36,038 nt of DNA from a virus: the UHGV virus genome UHGV-0132372; one strand, given 5' to 3'. The first letter of the stretch is position 1, and each line of letters starts with the position of its first letter. Shown here one piece after another: positions 1 through 8,356 of this stretch. Position numbers and translations under genes: made by a program. A model generated the notes under the pieces. It was not told the origin of the DNA. It ran no database searches and saw only the letters and a list, made by a program, of their open reading frames with translations.

Positions 1-49
1 TCGCCGTAGCGAGTTCAGATAAAAGAAATCCCCGCGAGTGCGAGGATTG

Positions 50-334
50 TTATTCATTGCCGATATTCACCTTTATCGCGAACACCTTTACCGGTTTATC
101 GCCGAAGTGCGGATGTGTGATTGTCTTGATTTCATATCCGTCATACGGAACATCAATTCTACGGCTGGAGTCGTCGCGCTTCGGATATCCCTTTGTGATA
201 ATCAGGCGGTCATACTCGCGTAACATAATTCGCTTATTCCAGTAGTCATTACACAGGCGATACTCTTCCGTTTTCTCTCCGCGAATCATGGCATCGAAGT
301 ATTCACCTTTGACGGCAAGTTGCAGGTTAGCCAC
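50..334 (-). CDS. hypothetical protein (start uncertain: GTG at 334 or ATG at 289)
   Basis: ORF track 50..406 minus; the first ~24 codons overlap the upstream gene, so the start is trimmed to the GTG adjacent to the upstream stop. No recognisable motif. Confidence 0.3.
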   Translation of the reverse strand: MANLQLAVKGEYFDAMIRGEKTEEYRLCNDYWNKRIMLREYDRLIITKGYPKRDDSSRRIDVPYDGYEIKTITHPHFGDKPVKVFAIKVNIGNE

Positions 335-1157
335 GGTTAACCTCCAGTTGTGGTGCTGCCTCAAGAGCAGCCCTGTAACCAGCAGCATGACCGCGAAAGT
401 TAGCAATCTCTGATAGCCACGCTTTAATCATGGCCTGAGTTGGCTCCTTCGGCACCATAACCCAACCATCCGGAGTTACCGGAGAGTTGCCAGCCTGAAC
501 AGTAGGCATATCCGGACCTTTGCGAATCGCCCTGGCAAGATCGATTGGGTCGTCGTATAACCAGTCACCTGTTTGCGGATGATTGGCCTCTGCCAGTTGC
601 GCCGCCCATTCAAGGCCGTCTTTGTGACCTTGCAGATAGTCCAACGGCAACTCATCACGATTACTTACGGGTTCGATTTGTTCGGAATTACCGGACAACT
701 GCATGGTACCTTCATTGGTGAGGGTACCATCGGACTGAAGCATGGCGGCGCGGCAGGCGTTCACATCACCGTAAATCGGACCGATTAGATTAAATCCTTT
801 CATGGGCCAGCCAGCAGGAGAATAAGCAACTGAGCCATCATCGGACACGAATAAAAAGCCAACTGGTTTCAAATCAGGCACAGATACCGGCGCTGGCGGG
901 GAGGCGTAAAGCGGCGTTACTTCTCGCAGCGGGTCGGCATAAGCATTGCCACTATCGAAGCTGACGTTGTTTTTTGCGCCGCCGCCTGACAGCAGCCACG
1001 CCACCGGCTCCTGCTCCATGCCAGCCGTCAGCGCTTCCAGTGCGATTTTGAAGATTTGCGCATCGAGTTGCGCTTCTTCAAAATCAGGGTAATGGGTTGT
1101 TACCGCAAGACGGCGCTCAAGCTTCTCAATCAACTGCTCTTTCGTAAATTCAGCCAT
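327..1157 (-). CDS. hypothetical early-left accessory protein (276 aa)
   Basis: Long ORF with a GGGGGAG Shine-Dalgarno before the ATG at 1157; sits in the co-directional pL operon. Confidence 0.6.
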   Translation of the reverse strand: MAEFTKEQLIEKLERRLAVTTHYPDFEEAQLDAQIFKIALEALTAGMEQEPVAWLLSGGGAKNNVSFDSGNAYADPLREVTPLYASPPAPVSVPDLKPVGFLFVSDDGSVAYSPAGWPMKGFNLIGPIYGDVNACRAAMLQSDGTLTNEGTMQLSGNSEQIEPVSNRDELPLDYLQGHKDGLEWAAQLAEANHPQTGDWLYDDPIDLARAIRKGPDMPTVQAGNSPVTPDGWVMVPKEPTQAMIKAWLSEIANFRGHAAGYRAALEAAPQLEVNRG

Positions 1158-1161
1158 ATCC

Positions 1162-1623
1162 CTACTCCCCCTTGATGCCAGCGGCGCTAAGCTTGGTATT
1201 CACATCACCTTCAAAAATAGGCAGTACACCAATTGCAGCGGCCCAGTTTTTAGCTAACTCAGGGTCAGATGTCTCGTCGGTGTAGTCTGATGCCCGCCAC
1301 CCAATCAGTCGTTTCTGACCAGGAATGTCAGAGTTTCGCTTCTCCGTTGCTTGCTCTAGAGCATTAAGAAGTGTACGTATTTCATGCTGCTGAGTAGAGA
1401 TGCTTGAGTCTTTGGCTTCCAGCTCATCCAGCAGCGCCAGCACGGTAGTGGGGTTTGCTGCGGAGTTCAGCGCGTTCAAGGCAGTGATATCTGCATCAAG
1501 CTGAGTTCCTTCTGCCAGTGAGATATCGAAAATGTCATCAGGCGGCATAACACTAAGGCGCTCATGTGCGCCAACTGCTGCCGCTGCGATTTCACGCAGC
1601 GCCTGTTTGTCGATGTTGCTCAT
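1162..1623 (-). CDS. Ead/Ea22-like protein (153 aa)
   Basis: N-terminus MSNIDKQALREIAAAA is shared with the paralog at 1889..2632 and recalls the Ea22-like family of lambdoid prophages. AAGGAA RBS; ATGA stop-start overlap with the upstream gene. Confidence 0.6.
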   Translation of the reverse strand: MSNIDKQALREIAAAAVGAHERLSVMPPDDIFDISLAEGTQLDADITALNALNSAANPTTVLALLDELEAKDSSISTQQHEIRTLLNALEQATEKRNSDIPGQKRLIGWRASDYTDETSDPELAKNWAAAIGVLPIFEGDVNTKLSAAGIKGE

Positions 1624-1892
1624 TGGGCGGTTCCTTCGTAACCGATGGCTTCTGCAATTTCAGCAAGTGTCTCTGCACTTTCACCCACTGGCTCATTCAT
1701 CCAGTCGAAGGAAACAAGCTTACCGCCTTCGATAACGCCGATGTTGAAATCATCACTACCTTGTGTTTTCAGACCATGCTTGATTGCCTTATCGCGCTTA
1801 TCGAAGTCAACGCCGTCTGTCGTGTATTCAACTCCATGGCCTTTCTCGTTGCACCACCAGTACTGCTGAATAACGATGTATGATTTTCTCAT
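1620..1892 (-). CDS. hypothetical protein (90 aa)
   Basis: ORF with ATGA overlaps to both neighbours, suggesting translational coupling. Confidence 0.5.
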   Translation of the reverse strand: MRKSYIVIQQYWWCNEKGHGVEYTTDGVDFDKRDKAIKHGLKTQGSDDFNIGVIEGGKLVSFDWMNEPVGESAETLAEIAEAIGYEGTAQ

Positions 1893-2632
1893 GACTGCAC
1901 TCCTTTGCGAATTTGGTAGGCATGGACGCGCATTATGTCGATTGCCTTCGATGTGACAGGATGCTGATGGTTCATCATCGCAATGACTGTGTTAATCGCT
2001 GAATCCACACCCTGCGCCCGCACTTCAGCCAGAAAAGCATCGGTGGCTGGGGTTTTGTTATCTGACTCCAGCCACTGGTTGTAGTAATAATCGAACATGC
2101 CAGTAGGATAACCACATCCGCTGTGCACGTGGTCTTTCATAGCAGAACCACACATGCAGTAGTCATTGTCAGTATTACTAATGATGTCGATAAGTTGCTG
2201 TGTCCGTTGCTTCAACATCGCATTCTCCGCCGCCAGCGCCGAAAACTTCTCGTGTGCCAACTTAACAGCTGCATCAGCCTGCTTAATTGACTCAGTCGCT
2301 TTCTGGTGGTCTTCGGCCAGCCCTGCTAAATCAGCCTCCAGTTCGGCTAGGCGTTCATTTAATGCATCTCGTTCATCCAGTAGTGCCAGCGCAACATTTG
2401 GATTAAAAGCAGCAATAAATTCAGCGTTTGCATAAGCCTGAACATCTGTTTCAACCAGGCAGTTAACATGACATTCCGCAATCACACCACCGGGTTCTCC
2501 TTTCCATTTTTGACAAACAAAAACTCCTGTTATATTCCCATGCTGATTGCCCGATGTATGCCCTACGATGTAGCTCCCTTTCGTTGCCTGCTCTGCCGCC
2601 TCACGCAGTGCCTGATAGTCAATCTTGCTCAC
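1889..2632 (-). CDS. Ead/Ea22-like coiled-coil protein with Cys/His-rich C-terminus (GTG start)
   Basis: AGGAGG RBS 6 nt before the GTG at 2632; N-terminus [14 protein letters not shown]; central coiled-coil; C-terminal CMCGS...HVHSGCG. Confidence 0.6.
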   Translation of the reverse strand: MSKIDYQALREAAEQATKGSYIVGHTSGNQHGNITGVFVCQKWKGEPGGVIAECHVNCLVETDVQAYANAEFIAAFNPNVALALLDERDALNERLAELEADLAGLAEDHQKATESIKQADAAVKLAHEKFSALAAENAMLKQRTQQLIDIISNTDNDYCMCGSAMKDHVHSGCGYPTGMFDYYYNQWLESDNKTPATDAFLAEVRAQGVDSAINTVIAMMNHQHPVTSKAIDIMRVHAYQIRKGVQS

Positions 2633-2796
2633 TGGTTGCCTCCTTTGCGCCACATCGCATTCAGATATTTGTTGTCATTAACAGAACCGAAACTCTTTCT
2701 CTTAAGCAATTCCTCTCTCGATGGCATTGGCTTTACGCGTTGGCGAATAATCATTTCTGCCGGAAGAATGCCGGGATTGTATGCAAGTCCTCTCAT
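2629..2796 (-). CDS. small hypothetical protein (55 aa)
   Basis: GAGGAA RBS before the ATG at 2796; stop overlaps the GTG start of the downstream gene (GTGA). Confidence 0.35.
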   Translation of the reverse strand: MRGLAYNPGILPAEMIIRQRVKPMPSREELLKRKSFGSVNDNKYLNAMWRKGGNQ

Positions 2797-2806
2797 GGTA
2801 AATTCC

Positions 2807-3103
2807 TCAGTCATTACTGATAGCGCCATAGCGTGAGCGGTAATTACGCAGGCGCGGGTCGATATATTCAGGGAAGTGGGTATATGTGGCTTTGCGGAAT
2901 GGTCGGATTGATGTCTGGTAAATTCGCTCGCGTTCTTCTTTCTCTGCAAGCCATATACAATGGCGAAATTCCTTTTCCTCTTTCGTTTCCTGCGGTAGCG
3001 ACATTATCAGGTCGTAGTTTTTTCTGAATTTATCCAGCACCTCCGATACGGAATTGCCGGAACAGCGGCGCGGGTCATCCGCACCATACAGAGGCGCTGG
3101 CAT
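2807..3103 (-). CDS. hypothetical protein (98 aa)
   Basis: ORF track entry in the co-directional operon. Confidence 0.45.
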   Translation of the reverse strand: MPAPLYGADDPRRCSGNSVSEVLDKFRKNYDLIMSLPQETKEEKEFRHCIWLAEKEERERIYQTSIRPFRKATYTHFPEYIDPRLRNYRSRYGAISND

Positions 3104-3126
3104 AATGGGAGCCTTATTTTCAGTAA

Positions 3127-3714
3127 TCAGAAAGGAGGGTAATCGTTCTGGCTGTAACCATAATCATCTGCATGATTCTGGCTTACGTTTTTAGAGCGAT
3201 TGTCTTTATCTTTGAGATTGGCAACCATGTTGGCGATAGTTTCTGGTTGCTTGCCTTCTGCCTTTTCTTTAAGGGTTTGACCTGTTTGTGCAATAAACGG
3301 GATGCGTATTTCCATCTGGTAGCTGTCTGCGCCAGTCTTTTTGTTTGTGGTTAATACTTTCTGAAGCACTAACCCGATTTTCTTTCCATGAAATTCAGGT
3401 GCAACAAATTTACTGGCGGAAACCATATGCTGCGTTAATTGTCCAATCCCGGCACACCCCATCATGGCGTGAACGACATTTGCGCCAAATTTGTTTTCCG
3501 TTCCGTCATTTTTCTGAACACAGACGCTAAGATATTGGATTTTACGTCCGTCGTCGGATTCGCCAGAAAACTCAATAAATTTGGCTCCTTTTTCTGATTG
3601 CTTTAGTTCTGCTTCAGTAATGGTAATGATATGAGCGCCAGTTTCGTTAATAAAACCACCTTGCCCTGCGGTCAGTGCTGCTTCTTCGTTATAAGTAAAA
3701 ATCACGTTGCTCAT
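3127..3714 (-). CDS. SSB-like single-strand binding protein (DUF669-like), partner of the Sak4-type ATPase
   Basis: ATGA overlap with the upstream ATPase gene; acidic C-terminal tail ...DDYGYSQNDYPPF resembles the SSB C-terminal tip; location is where the Red/Erf module sits in lambdoid phages. Confidence 0.55.
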   Translation of the reverse strand: MSNVIFTYNEEAALTAGQGGFINETGAHIITITEAELKQSEKGAKFIEFSGESDDGRKIQYLSVCVQKNDGTENKFGANVVHAMMGCAGIGQLTQHMVSASKFVAPEFHGKKIGLVLQKVLTTNKKTGADSYQMEIRIPFIAQTGQTLKEKAEGKQPETIANMVANLKDKDNRSKNVSQNHADDYGYSQNDYPPF

Positions 3715-4391
3715 GCGGCGTTTTCCTTAATTTGATGAACATTATTGATGCCGTAGTAATCACAAACAGTGGCATCGACGAAAGAGAGATCGTTATCAAT
3801 CTCATTGGAATCAAACATTCCCATTGGGGATTTAACAGTGTCTGCACCGTTGTTTTTCGTGGTGAAAAAGAACTGGTCATCGCGGGTAAGAGTGCGAAGA
3901 ACTATAGTAAACATGCCTTCGACAGTGATTTTCTCGTCCAGCATTTTGCCGATAGTTTTCATTTTCACGCGCCCCATAGGGGTTTCTTCGGTGTGCGCAA
4001 GAAAATAGACTCTCAGGTCATCAGGTGCATCCTGTGCAGCCTTAATCACCTCCCATGCGTGGCGGCCTATCTCAGTAAATTTATCAAACGATTTTTCTTC
4101 TGAGCGGCGCATAAACTCATTGCTCATCACATACTGGAAGTCATCAACAATAACGATTCTTTTCCCGTATTCGTGAGCACGCTTAATTACGGCAACTATT
4201 ACGTCCCATTTGTCAGTGGTAACTACGGTTCCTTTTTTTGCTCTGGCATCCCATGCCAGCCATTCTTTTGATTTAAATGGTAGCGGCTTGCCTATTGGTT
4301 TTATAAGTATTGCTTCCTCTGGATTGATATTTCTCATGCTGGTTGATTTTCCGGTGCCAGACTCACCGAGTATTAATGTCGCAGTTCCCAT
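3711..4391 (-). CDS. Sak4-like RecA-family recombination ATPase (AAA_24-like)
   Basis: Walker A GESGTGKST near the N-terminus; ~226 aa; GAGGTGA RBS; sits in the recombination slot of the pL operon. Confidence 0.7.
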   Translation of the reverse strand: MGTATLILGESGTGKSTSMRNINPEEAILIKPIGKPLPFKSKEWLAWDARAKKGTVVTTDKWDVIVAVIKRAHEYGKRIVIVDDFQYVMSNEFMRRSEEKSFDKFTEIGRHAWEVIKAAQDAPDDLRVYFLAHTEETPMGRVKMKTIGKMLDEKITVEGMFTIVLRTLTRDDQFFFTTKNNGADTVKSPMGMFDSNEIDNDLSFVDATVCDYYGINNVHQIKENAA

Positions 4392-4399
4392 AATTCACC

Positions 4400-4588
4400 T
4401 CAGAATGGTAATTCGGATGGGGAGGAAAGAAATTCGCGCTCATTCATGCGCTCTCTTTGTGCTTGCCATAAACAAAGTTGTTTCTTTGATTTATCTCCCG
4501 CTTTACGCCAGTAACGAGCCTCAGCAATGTGATATTCTCTTTTTAATCGACTTAACTCTGGAGTTTTCGCCAGCTCTACCGGAATCAT
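4400..4588 (-). CDS. hypothetical protein (62 aa)
   Basis: ATGA overlap with the upstream small gene. Confidence 0.4.
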   Translation of the reverse strand: MIPVELAKTPELSRLKREYHIAEARYWRKAGDKSKKQLCLWQAQRERMNEREFLSSPSELPF

Positions 4589-4698
4589 TTAGACCTCCAT
4601 TTTCTGTAGGCTTCGACGGCCTCACCAAACATCTTTTCATCGCCAATAAAAGTGGCGATAGTGAATTTAGTCTGAATAGCCATAAGTGTTTTATCCAT
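4585..4698 (-). CDS. small protein, possibly Kil-like (by synteny after cIII)
   Basis: ATG overlaps the cIII stop (AATGGATAA); 37 aa, MDKTLMAIQTKFTIATFIGDEKMF...; the longer ORF-track version (4585..4788) would overlap cIII in another frame. Confidence 0.4.
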   Translation of the reverse strand: MDKTLMAIQTKFTIATFIGDEKMFGEAVEAYRKWRSK

Positions 4699-4837
4699 TT
4701 TTTGGAACTCCTGGCTGATTAAGTACGTCGATGAGTCGTTTCCATCCGTCACGTAATTTACGGGTGATTCGTTCAAGTAAAGATTCATTTAATTGGAAGG
4801 CACCCATGCGAGCGCCTCCCGCGATTGCGTAAATCAT
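4691..4837 (-). CDS. cIII: CIII-like regulator (FtsH inhibitor)
   Basis: Not in the ORF track (48 aa). AAGGAA RBS; translation MIYAIAGGARMGAFQLNESLLERITRKLRDGWKRLIDVLNQPGVPKNG matches the lambda CIII core ESLLERITRKLRDGWKRLID.LNQPGVPKNG. Confidence 0.8.
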   Translation of the reverse strand: MIYAIAGGARMGAFQLNESLLERITRKLRDGWKRLIDVLNQPGVPKNG

Positions 4838-4861
4838 GGGTGGTTCCTTATGTTGGTTTTA

Positions 4862-5830
4862 TTAGTAGGTTATTTTTGTTGCGAATACTTCGCCTTTTAC
4901 GATGGCTGTTATGATATTTTTAGCAACATCTTCTGATGCGCCAACCTTGATAAGGTCAGCAAGTATTTTGTTATTTACTTCTTTCCGGTGAGCTTTATCC
5001 TTTGCTCTACACTCTTCTTCTTCCTTGATTCTTTTTTCTTCTGCTATTCTGGCTTGCTCTTTTGCTTCAGCCTCGCGCCGGATTCGTTCAGCCTCCTCCT
5101 GTGCTTTTCGGCGTTCTGCTTCAATTGCCGCCTGCTTTTCTCTTTCAGCTCGTTCTGCTGCCTCTTTTGCTTCGCGCTGTGCTCGTTGCTCGGCTTCAAT
5201 GCGTTCACGCTCTGCACGTTCCGCTGCGGCCTTAGCTTCTGCTTCTCGCCTTGCTGCTGCTTCAATTTCGGCTTTTGCCTTTGCTTCGGCTTCTGCTCTG
5301 GCTTTCTCTTCAGCTTCTCTTTTTAAGCGTTCTTCATGCTCTCGCTTTTCCTGCTCCGCTTTGAGTCTTGCCTCTTCTCTTTGGCGGTCAAATTCGCGAT
5401 CCATCAAAATAGCTATTTCATGGTCAGACTCAATTTGCTTTGCGAGAGCTTCAGCTGCTGCCTTAGCTTCTTCTTCGGCTTTAATCCGTGCCTGTTCCTC
5501 CTCATAATCAGTAAGAGGCTGGCGTGCCTTGGATTTCAGCTCATCAAGGCGATCACGCACTGTCTTGCGGTTGGCATCAATTAGCTTTGGAATTTCCTTC
5601 AGTTCAGCAACAAGGTCTTTTCCAAGACCATCGAGATATGTTTTCGTCTGCGCAACTTTATACGCCAGAGAAGCGATCTCCTTTCTGCCCTTTGCCGTTG
5701 TGATATCAGGCACAAAGGACATAACTTCACGTTCAACCTTTTGAAGGATTTCTTCAATCTGGTCGGCAGACTGAAATACAGTCATTGCATTTGCTTTTTC
5801 AATAACAACTAAATCTGTTACTTCACTCAT
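4862..5830 (-). CDS. coiled-coil protein with a long Glu/Ala/Arg/Lys-rich low-complexity core (322 aa)
   Basis: GGAGGA RBS before the ATG at 5830 (the ORF-track start at 5884 is probably an upstream extension); ~180 aa of EAKAKAEAE/RREAE repeats between a globular N-terminal domain and a short C-terminal domain. Confidence 0.6.
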   Translation of the reverse strand: MSEVTDLVVIEKANAMTVFQSADQIEEILQKVEREVMSFVPDITTAKGRKEIASLAYKVAQTKTYLDGLGKDLVAELKEIPKLIDANRKTVRDRLDELKSKARQPLTDYEEEQARIKAEEEAKAAAEALAKQIESDHEIAILMDREFDRQREEARLKAEQEKREHEERLKREAEEKARAEAEAKAKAEIEAAARREAEAKAAAERAERERIEAEQRAQREAKEAAERAEREKQAAIEAERRKAQEEAERIRREAEAKEQARIAEEKRIKEEEECRAKDKAHRKEVNNKILADLIKVGASEDVAKNIITAIVKGEVFATKITY

Positions 5831-5964
5831 ATATCCTCCATCAAAAAAATCGCCCTCACATCGGAGGGCAAAGAAGATTTCCAATAATCAGAACAAGTCG
5901 GCTCCTGTTTAGTTACGAGCGACATTGCTCCGTGTATTCACTCGTTGGAATGAATACACAGTGC

Positions 5965-6153
5965 TTATTCGTCATGCATTTCAGGTAATTCTTCGTATTC
6001 GACTCCCCATACGAGTTTACACCAAGTGACTCGCTCATATCTTTTACAAAAATCAGACCACATAACTTGTGTTCCATCATGGTTTGTTATTACTTCTGTA
6101 ATATCACCAACACTAACAAAACTGGTATTAGAAGCAGTTATTTTTACTTTCAT
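5965..6153 (-). CDS. hypothetical protein (62 aa)
   Basis: ORF track entry; adjacent to the stop of the upstream gene. Confidence 0.4.
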   Translation of the reverse strand: MKVKITASNTSFVSVGDITEVITNHDGTQVMWSDFCKRYERVTWCKLVWGVEYEELPEMHDE

Positions 6154-6446
6154 TACTTATCCCCAAGAGCTTTTCTGATTGCTGCAAGACCTTTATTAAC
6201 AGCTTCATACCATTCTGGATATGTTGTCGTTGTTCTATTTTTGGATTGCTTAAGTAATAACTGAAGTGCTTCGAGAAGGTCAGGTGCTGCCGCTATCAGT
6301 AGCGCATCCTCCCTTTCATTTCTTGTTGCTGCTTCAATGTATGTGTCACCAATCGTCACACCATGGAACGTAGTCATCATCTCGTTGACGTTTCTAACCG
6401 TGTACTTCCATTTACCAGGCGTACCCTTAAACTCTTTCATATTCAC
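6153..6446 (-). CDS. hypothetical protein (97 aa)
   Basis: AGAGGTGA RBS before the ATG at 6446. Confidence 0.5.
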   Translation of the reverse strand: MNMKEFKGTPGKWKYTVRNVNEMMTTFHGVTIGDTYIEAATRNEREDALLIAAAPDLLEALQLLLKQSKNRTTTTYPEWYEAVNKGLAAIRKALGDK

Positions 6447-6460
6447 CTCTGTTGTTTATG

Positions 6461-6488
6461 CCCAAAATAAAGGCCGACTATGCGGCCT
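6461..6488 (-). terminator. intrinsic terminator-like hairpin (AGGCCGCATAGTCGGCCT followed by TTATTTT on the minus strand)
   Basis: 6-bp GC-rich stem at 6471..6488 followed by a U-run; part of a ~38-bp element repeated at 6976..7012. Confidence 0.45.
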
Positions 6489-6492
6489 GAAA

Positions 6493-6942
6493 TTACTTAA
6501 CCAATGATGCTGCATATTCGATAAGGTAAAGCTTTGGGGCCAGCCAAATTTTTAACCAAGTCATATTGGTTACTACACCAATAATAAAAATCCCCCACAG
6601 AGTCAAAACTACAACCAATGGCATGATAAGAAGATTAATATCACCTTTGCTATCCCAAACCATTGTCGGCCTGTATTTGGGATTTCCTTTCTCCCATGAA
6701 TATCCTTCATCACCGATTTTACCTGTCTCAACTCTTTGGCACTGCTTCTTCATAAACCAGAAAACCAGTGGGATTGTTAGAATGGCCATTAATGTTTTAA
6801 TCAGACTGTCAACCATATTCCATAGCAGCAACTGATGAACAACATCAGGAATCTGTGCCTGGCTAAATGAAACAGCCGCGTCTATTCCATTACTGGCTTT
6901 TTGCAGTAGTTCTACGAGAATCTTGTTTGCTTGTTCTTCCAT
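6493..6942 (-). CDS. membrane protein with two predicted TM helices (possible superinfection-exclusion type, by position)
   Basis: Hydrophobic segments LIKTLMAILTIPLVFWFM and LLIMPLVVVLTLWGIFIIGVV; GAGGTGA RBS; AT-rich; lies in the N-to-cIII accessory slot. Confidence 0.55.
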   Translation of the reverse strand: MEEQANKILVELLQKASNGIDAAVSFSQAQIPDVVHQLLLWNMVDSLIKTLMAILTIPLVFWFMKKQCQRVETGKIGDEGYSWEKGNPKYRPTMVWDSKGDINLLIMPLVVVLTLWGIFIIGVVTNMTWLKIWLAPKLYLIEYAASLVK

Positions 6943-6990
6943 ATCTCACCTCAAATAATTCAGTGCAGTGTTTATTCTGTTGTTTATGCC

Positions 6991-7012
6991 AAAAGAAGGC
7001 CGACTATGCGGC
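6991..7012 (-). terminator. second copy of the terminator-like element (weaker stem)
   Basis: GCCGCATAGTCGGC hairpin followed by CTTCTTTT on the minus strand; copy of the 6448..6486 element. Confidence 0.3.
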
Positions 7013-7022
7013 ATAATTATTT

Positions 7023-7211
7023 TTAACTATCATCAATACATGGCACTTTATTCCAGTCGATATCGTTTTTATTGTCGTCCCACATGTCTTTGTTTTTGTA
7101 TTTCTCGCTACATCCTAGGCAAATGTTGTATGGCCTACCGATAAGGTTTAACGAAATACGTTGCATTTCATTTGATTCAAACATGTATCCACAGAACTGA
7201 CATTTATGCAT
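7023..7211 (-). CDS. small zinc-ribbon-like protein (62 aa, CxxC...CxxC)
   Basis: MHKCQFCGYMFES...NICLGCSEKY; AT-rich; flanked by the repeat elements. Confidence 0.45.
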   Translation of the reverse strand: MHKCQFCGYMFESNEMQRISLNLIGRPYNICLGCSEKYKNKDMWDDNKNDIDWNKVPCIDDS

Positions 7212-7293
7212 ATCTCACCCCTCATACAGTAGCTTACTGCCTAATTTCATTTTCTGGCGACCAACACAAGTCACACCCATTTCACTGCGTGGC

Positions 7294-7351
7294 TTGCGGT
7301 AGCTCTACGAGAATCTTGTTTGCTTGTTCTTCCATATATCACCTCAAATAA
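7294..7351 (-). pseudogene. duplicated RBS plus first 12 codons of the 6493..6942 membrane-protein gene (truncated remnant, MEEQANKILVEL then out of frame)
   Basis: 58 bp matches 6901..6958 with 3 mismatches and is fused by a TTGC microhomology to a 28-bp copy (7270..7297) of N-gene sequence 7591..7618. Confidence 0.6.
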
Positions 7352-7535
7352 GTGGTTTGCTGCGAAAGTAAATACGCTTAAGTTACCTGTTATTTATCCC
7401 ACCAAGTTCCGTATCTATCTATCCAGTTACACCAATCATCGACACTCCATTTTGTTGTGTCGCATTTTGGCAACTGGCATGAATATCTACCTTCTTTGTA
7501 AAGTCGGCGTTTGACTTTCTTGAGCATGGCTCACC

Positions 7536-7868
7536 TCAATCGTAATAAGCTGGAATTGATTTTCCGCGTTGCTTCTGGCGGCCTGAGCATGTCACACCCA
7601 TTTCACTGCGTGGCTTGCTGTACCATGTGCGATGATTCTTGCGCTCAACAGCTTCAGCGCGTTTTTCCATCTCTTCCCGATACTCAGCCAGCACCGTTAA
7701 ATCAATCGGGTTCAGAGCGCTTTCTACGCGTGATTTAGGCTTTCGAGTCAGCGAGAGAATTTTGCGGGTGTCTGGCTTGGCGCTTACCCCAACTAACAGG
7801 GGGTTTGCTGCTTTCCATTGAGCCTGTTTCTCTGCGCGACGTTCGCGGCGGCGTGTTTGTGCATCCAT
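7536..7868 (-). CDS. N: antitermination protein N
   Basis: Translation MDAQTRRRERRAEKQAQWKAANPLLVGVSAKP...RVESALNPIDLTVLAEY matches lambda N (Arg-rich boxB-binding N-terminus); AGGAGA RBS; nutL lies upstream. Confidence 0.9.
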   Translation of the reverse strand: MDAQTRRRERRAEKQAQWKAANPLLVGVSAKPDTRKILSLTRKPKSRVESALNPIDLTVLAEYREEMEKRAEAVERKNHRTWYSKPRSEMGVTCSGRQKQRGKSIPAYYD

Positions 7869-8136
7869 CTGGATTCTCCTGTCAGTTAGCTTTGGTGGTG
7901 TGGTGGCTGGTAGTCTAGCTCCAGCTTGTTGAGTCTCATTCGGAGGGGTATAACCGGCACCCCAGTGATTTTTCCATGCGACAACGTGCGCGTTATGGCG
8001 GCCTTATCGCCCGCGGCTCCCCATCTCGTCCACGCTATTGCTAGCGTTGGGAGCGCTTCACCGCTCAACAGTAGGTAAGCACTTGCCAGTGACTAGCTGG
8101 CTTCACCACACCCCAAAGCCTTCTGCTTTGAATGCT

Positions 8137-8166
8137 GCCCTTCTTCAGGGCTTAATTTTTAAGAGC
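8137..8166 (-). promoter_or_regulatory. nutL (boxB GCCCTGAAGAAGGGC, boxA GCTCTTAAA on the minus strand)
   Basis: Plus strand reads GCCCTTCTTCAGGGCTTAATTTTTAAGAGC, the reverse complement of lambda nutL; lies between pL and N. Confidence 0.8.
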
Positions 8167-8206
8167 ATCACCTTCATGGTGGTCAGTGCGTCCTGCTGAT
8201 GGCTAG

Positions 8207-8268
8207 ATAATCACAAATTGTGTTCGTGCTGTCAACACGAAATGTGATTGTTTTTATCACAACACGTG
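8207..8268 (-). promoter_or_regulatory. pL promoter with three oL operator repeats
   Basis: Minus strand TTGACA (8230..8235), 17-nt spacer, GATTAT (8207..8212); operator-like repeats ATCACA-N4-GTG at 8210..8222, 8236..8248 (inverted) and 8256..8268. Confidence 0.6.
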
Positions 8269-8308
8269 TTTTCATTGATTTTTAAGGTAATTTAATTTTC
8301 TTTGGGCA

Positions 8309-8331
8309 ACAAAAAACCCGCCGAAGCGGGT
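8309..8331 (-). terminator. intrinsic terminator downstream of the repressor gene
   Basis: ACCCGCTTCGGCGGGT hairpin followed by a U-run on the minus strand, just after the cI stop and before pL. Confidence 0.5.
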
Positions 8332-8356
8332 TTGATGTTTTTAAGTGGCGGGTATA

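Noticed and set aside
4585-4788. 67-aa ORF-track version of the gene after cIII
   Set aside because: Its first 30 codons overlap cIII in another frame; the shorter version starting at the ATG that overlaps the cIII stop is more plausible.
5025-5507. Ser/Ala-rich 160-aa ORF and the apparent DNA repeat tract at 5040..5400
   Set aside because: It is the antisense or off-frame reading of the low-complexity coiled-coil gene; the repeats are coding, not CRISPR or satellite.
7886-8068. 60-aa ORF on the minus strand upstream of N
   Set aside because: Lies in the untranslated N leader between nutL and the N start; no RBS; lambda has no gene there.
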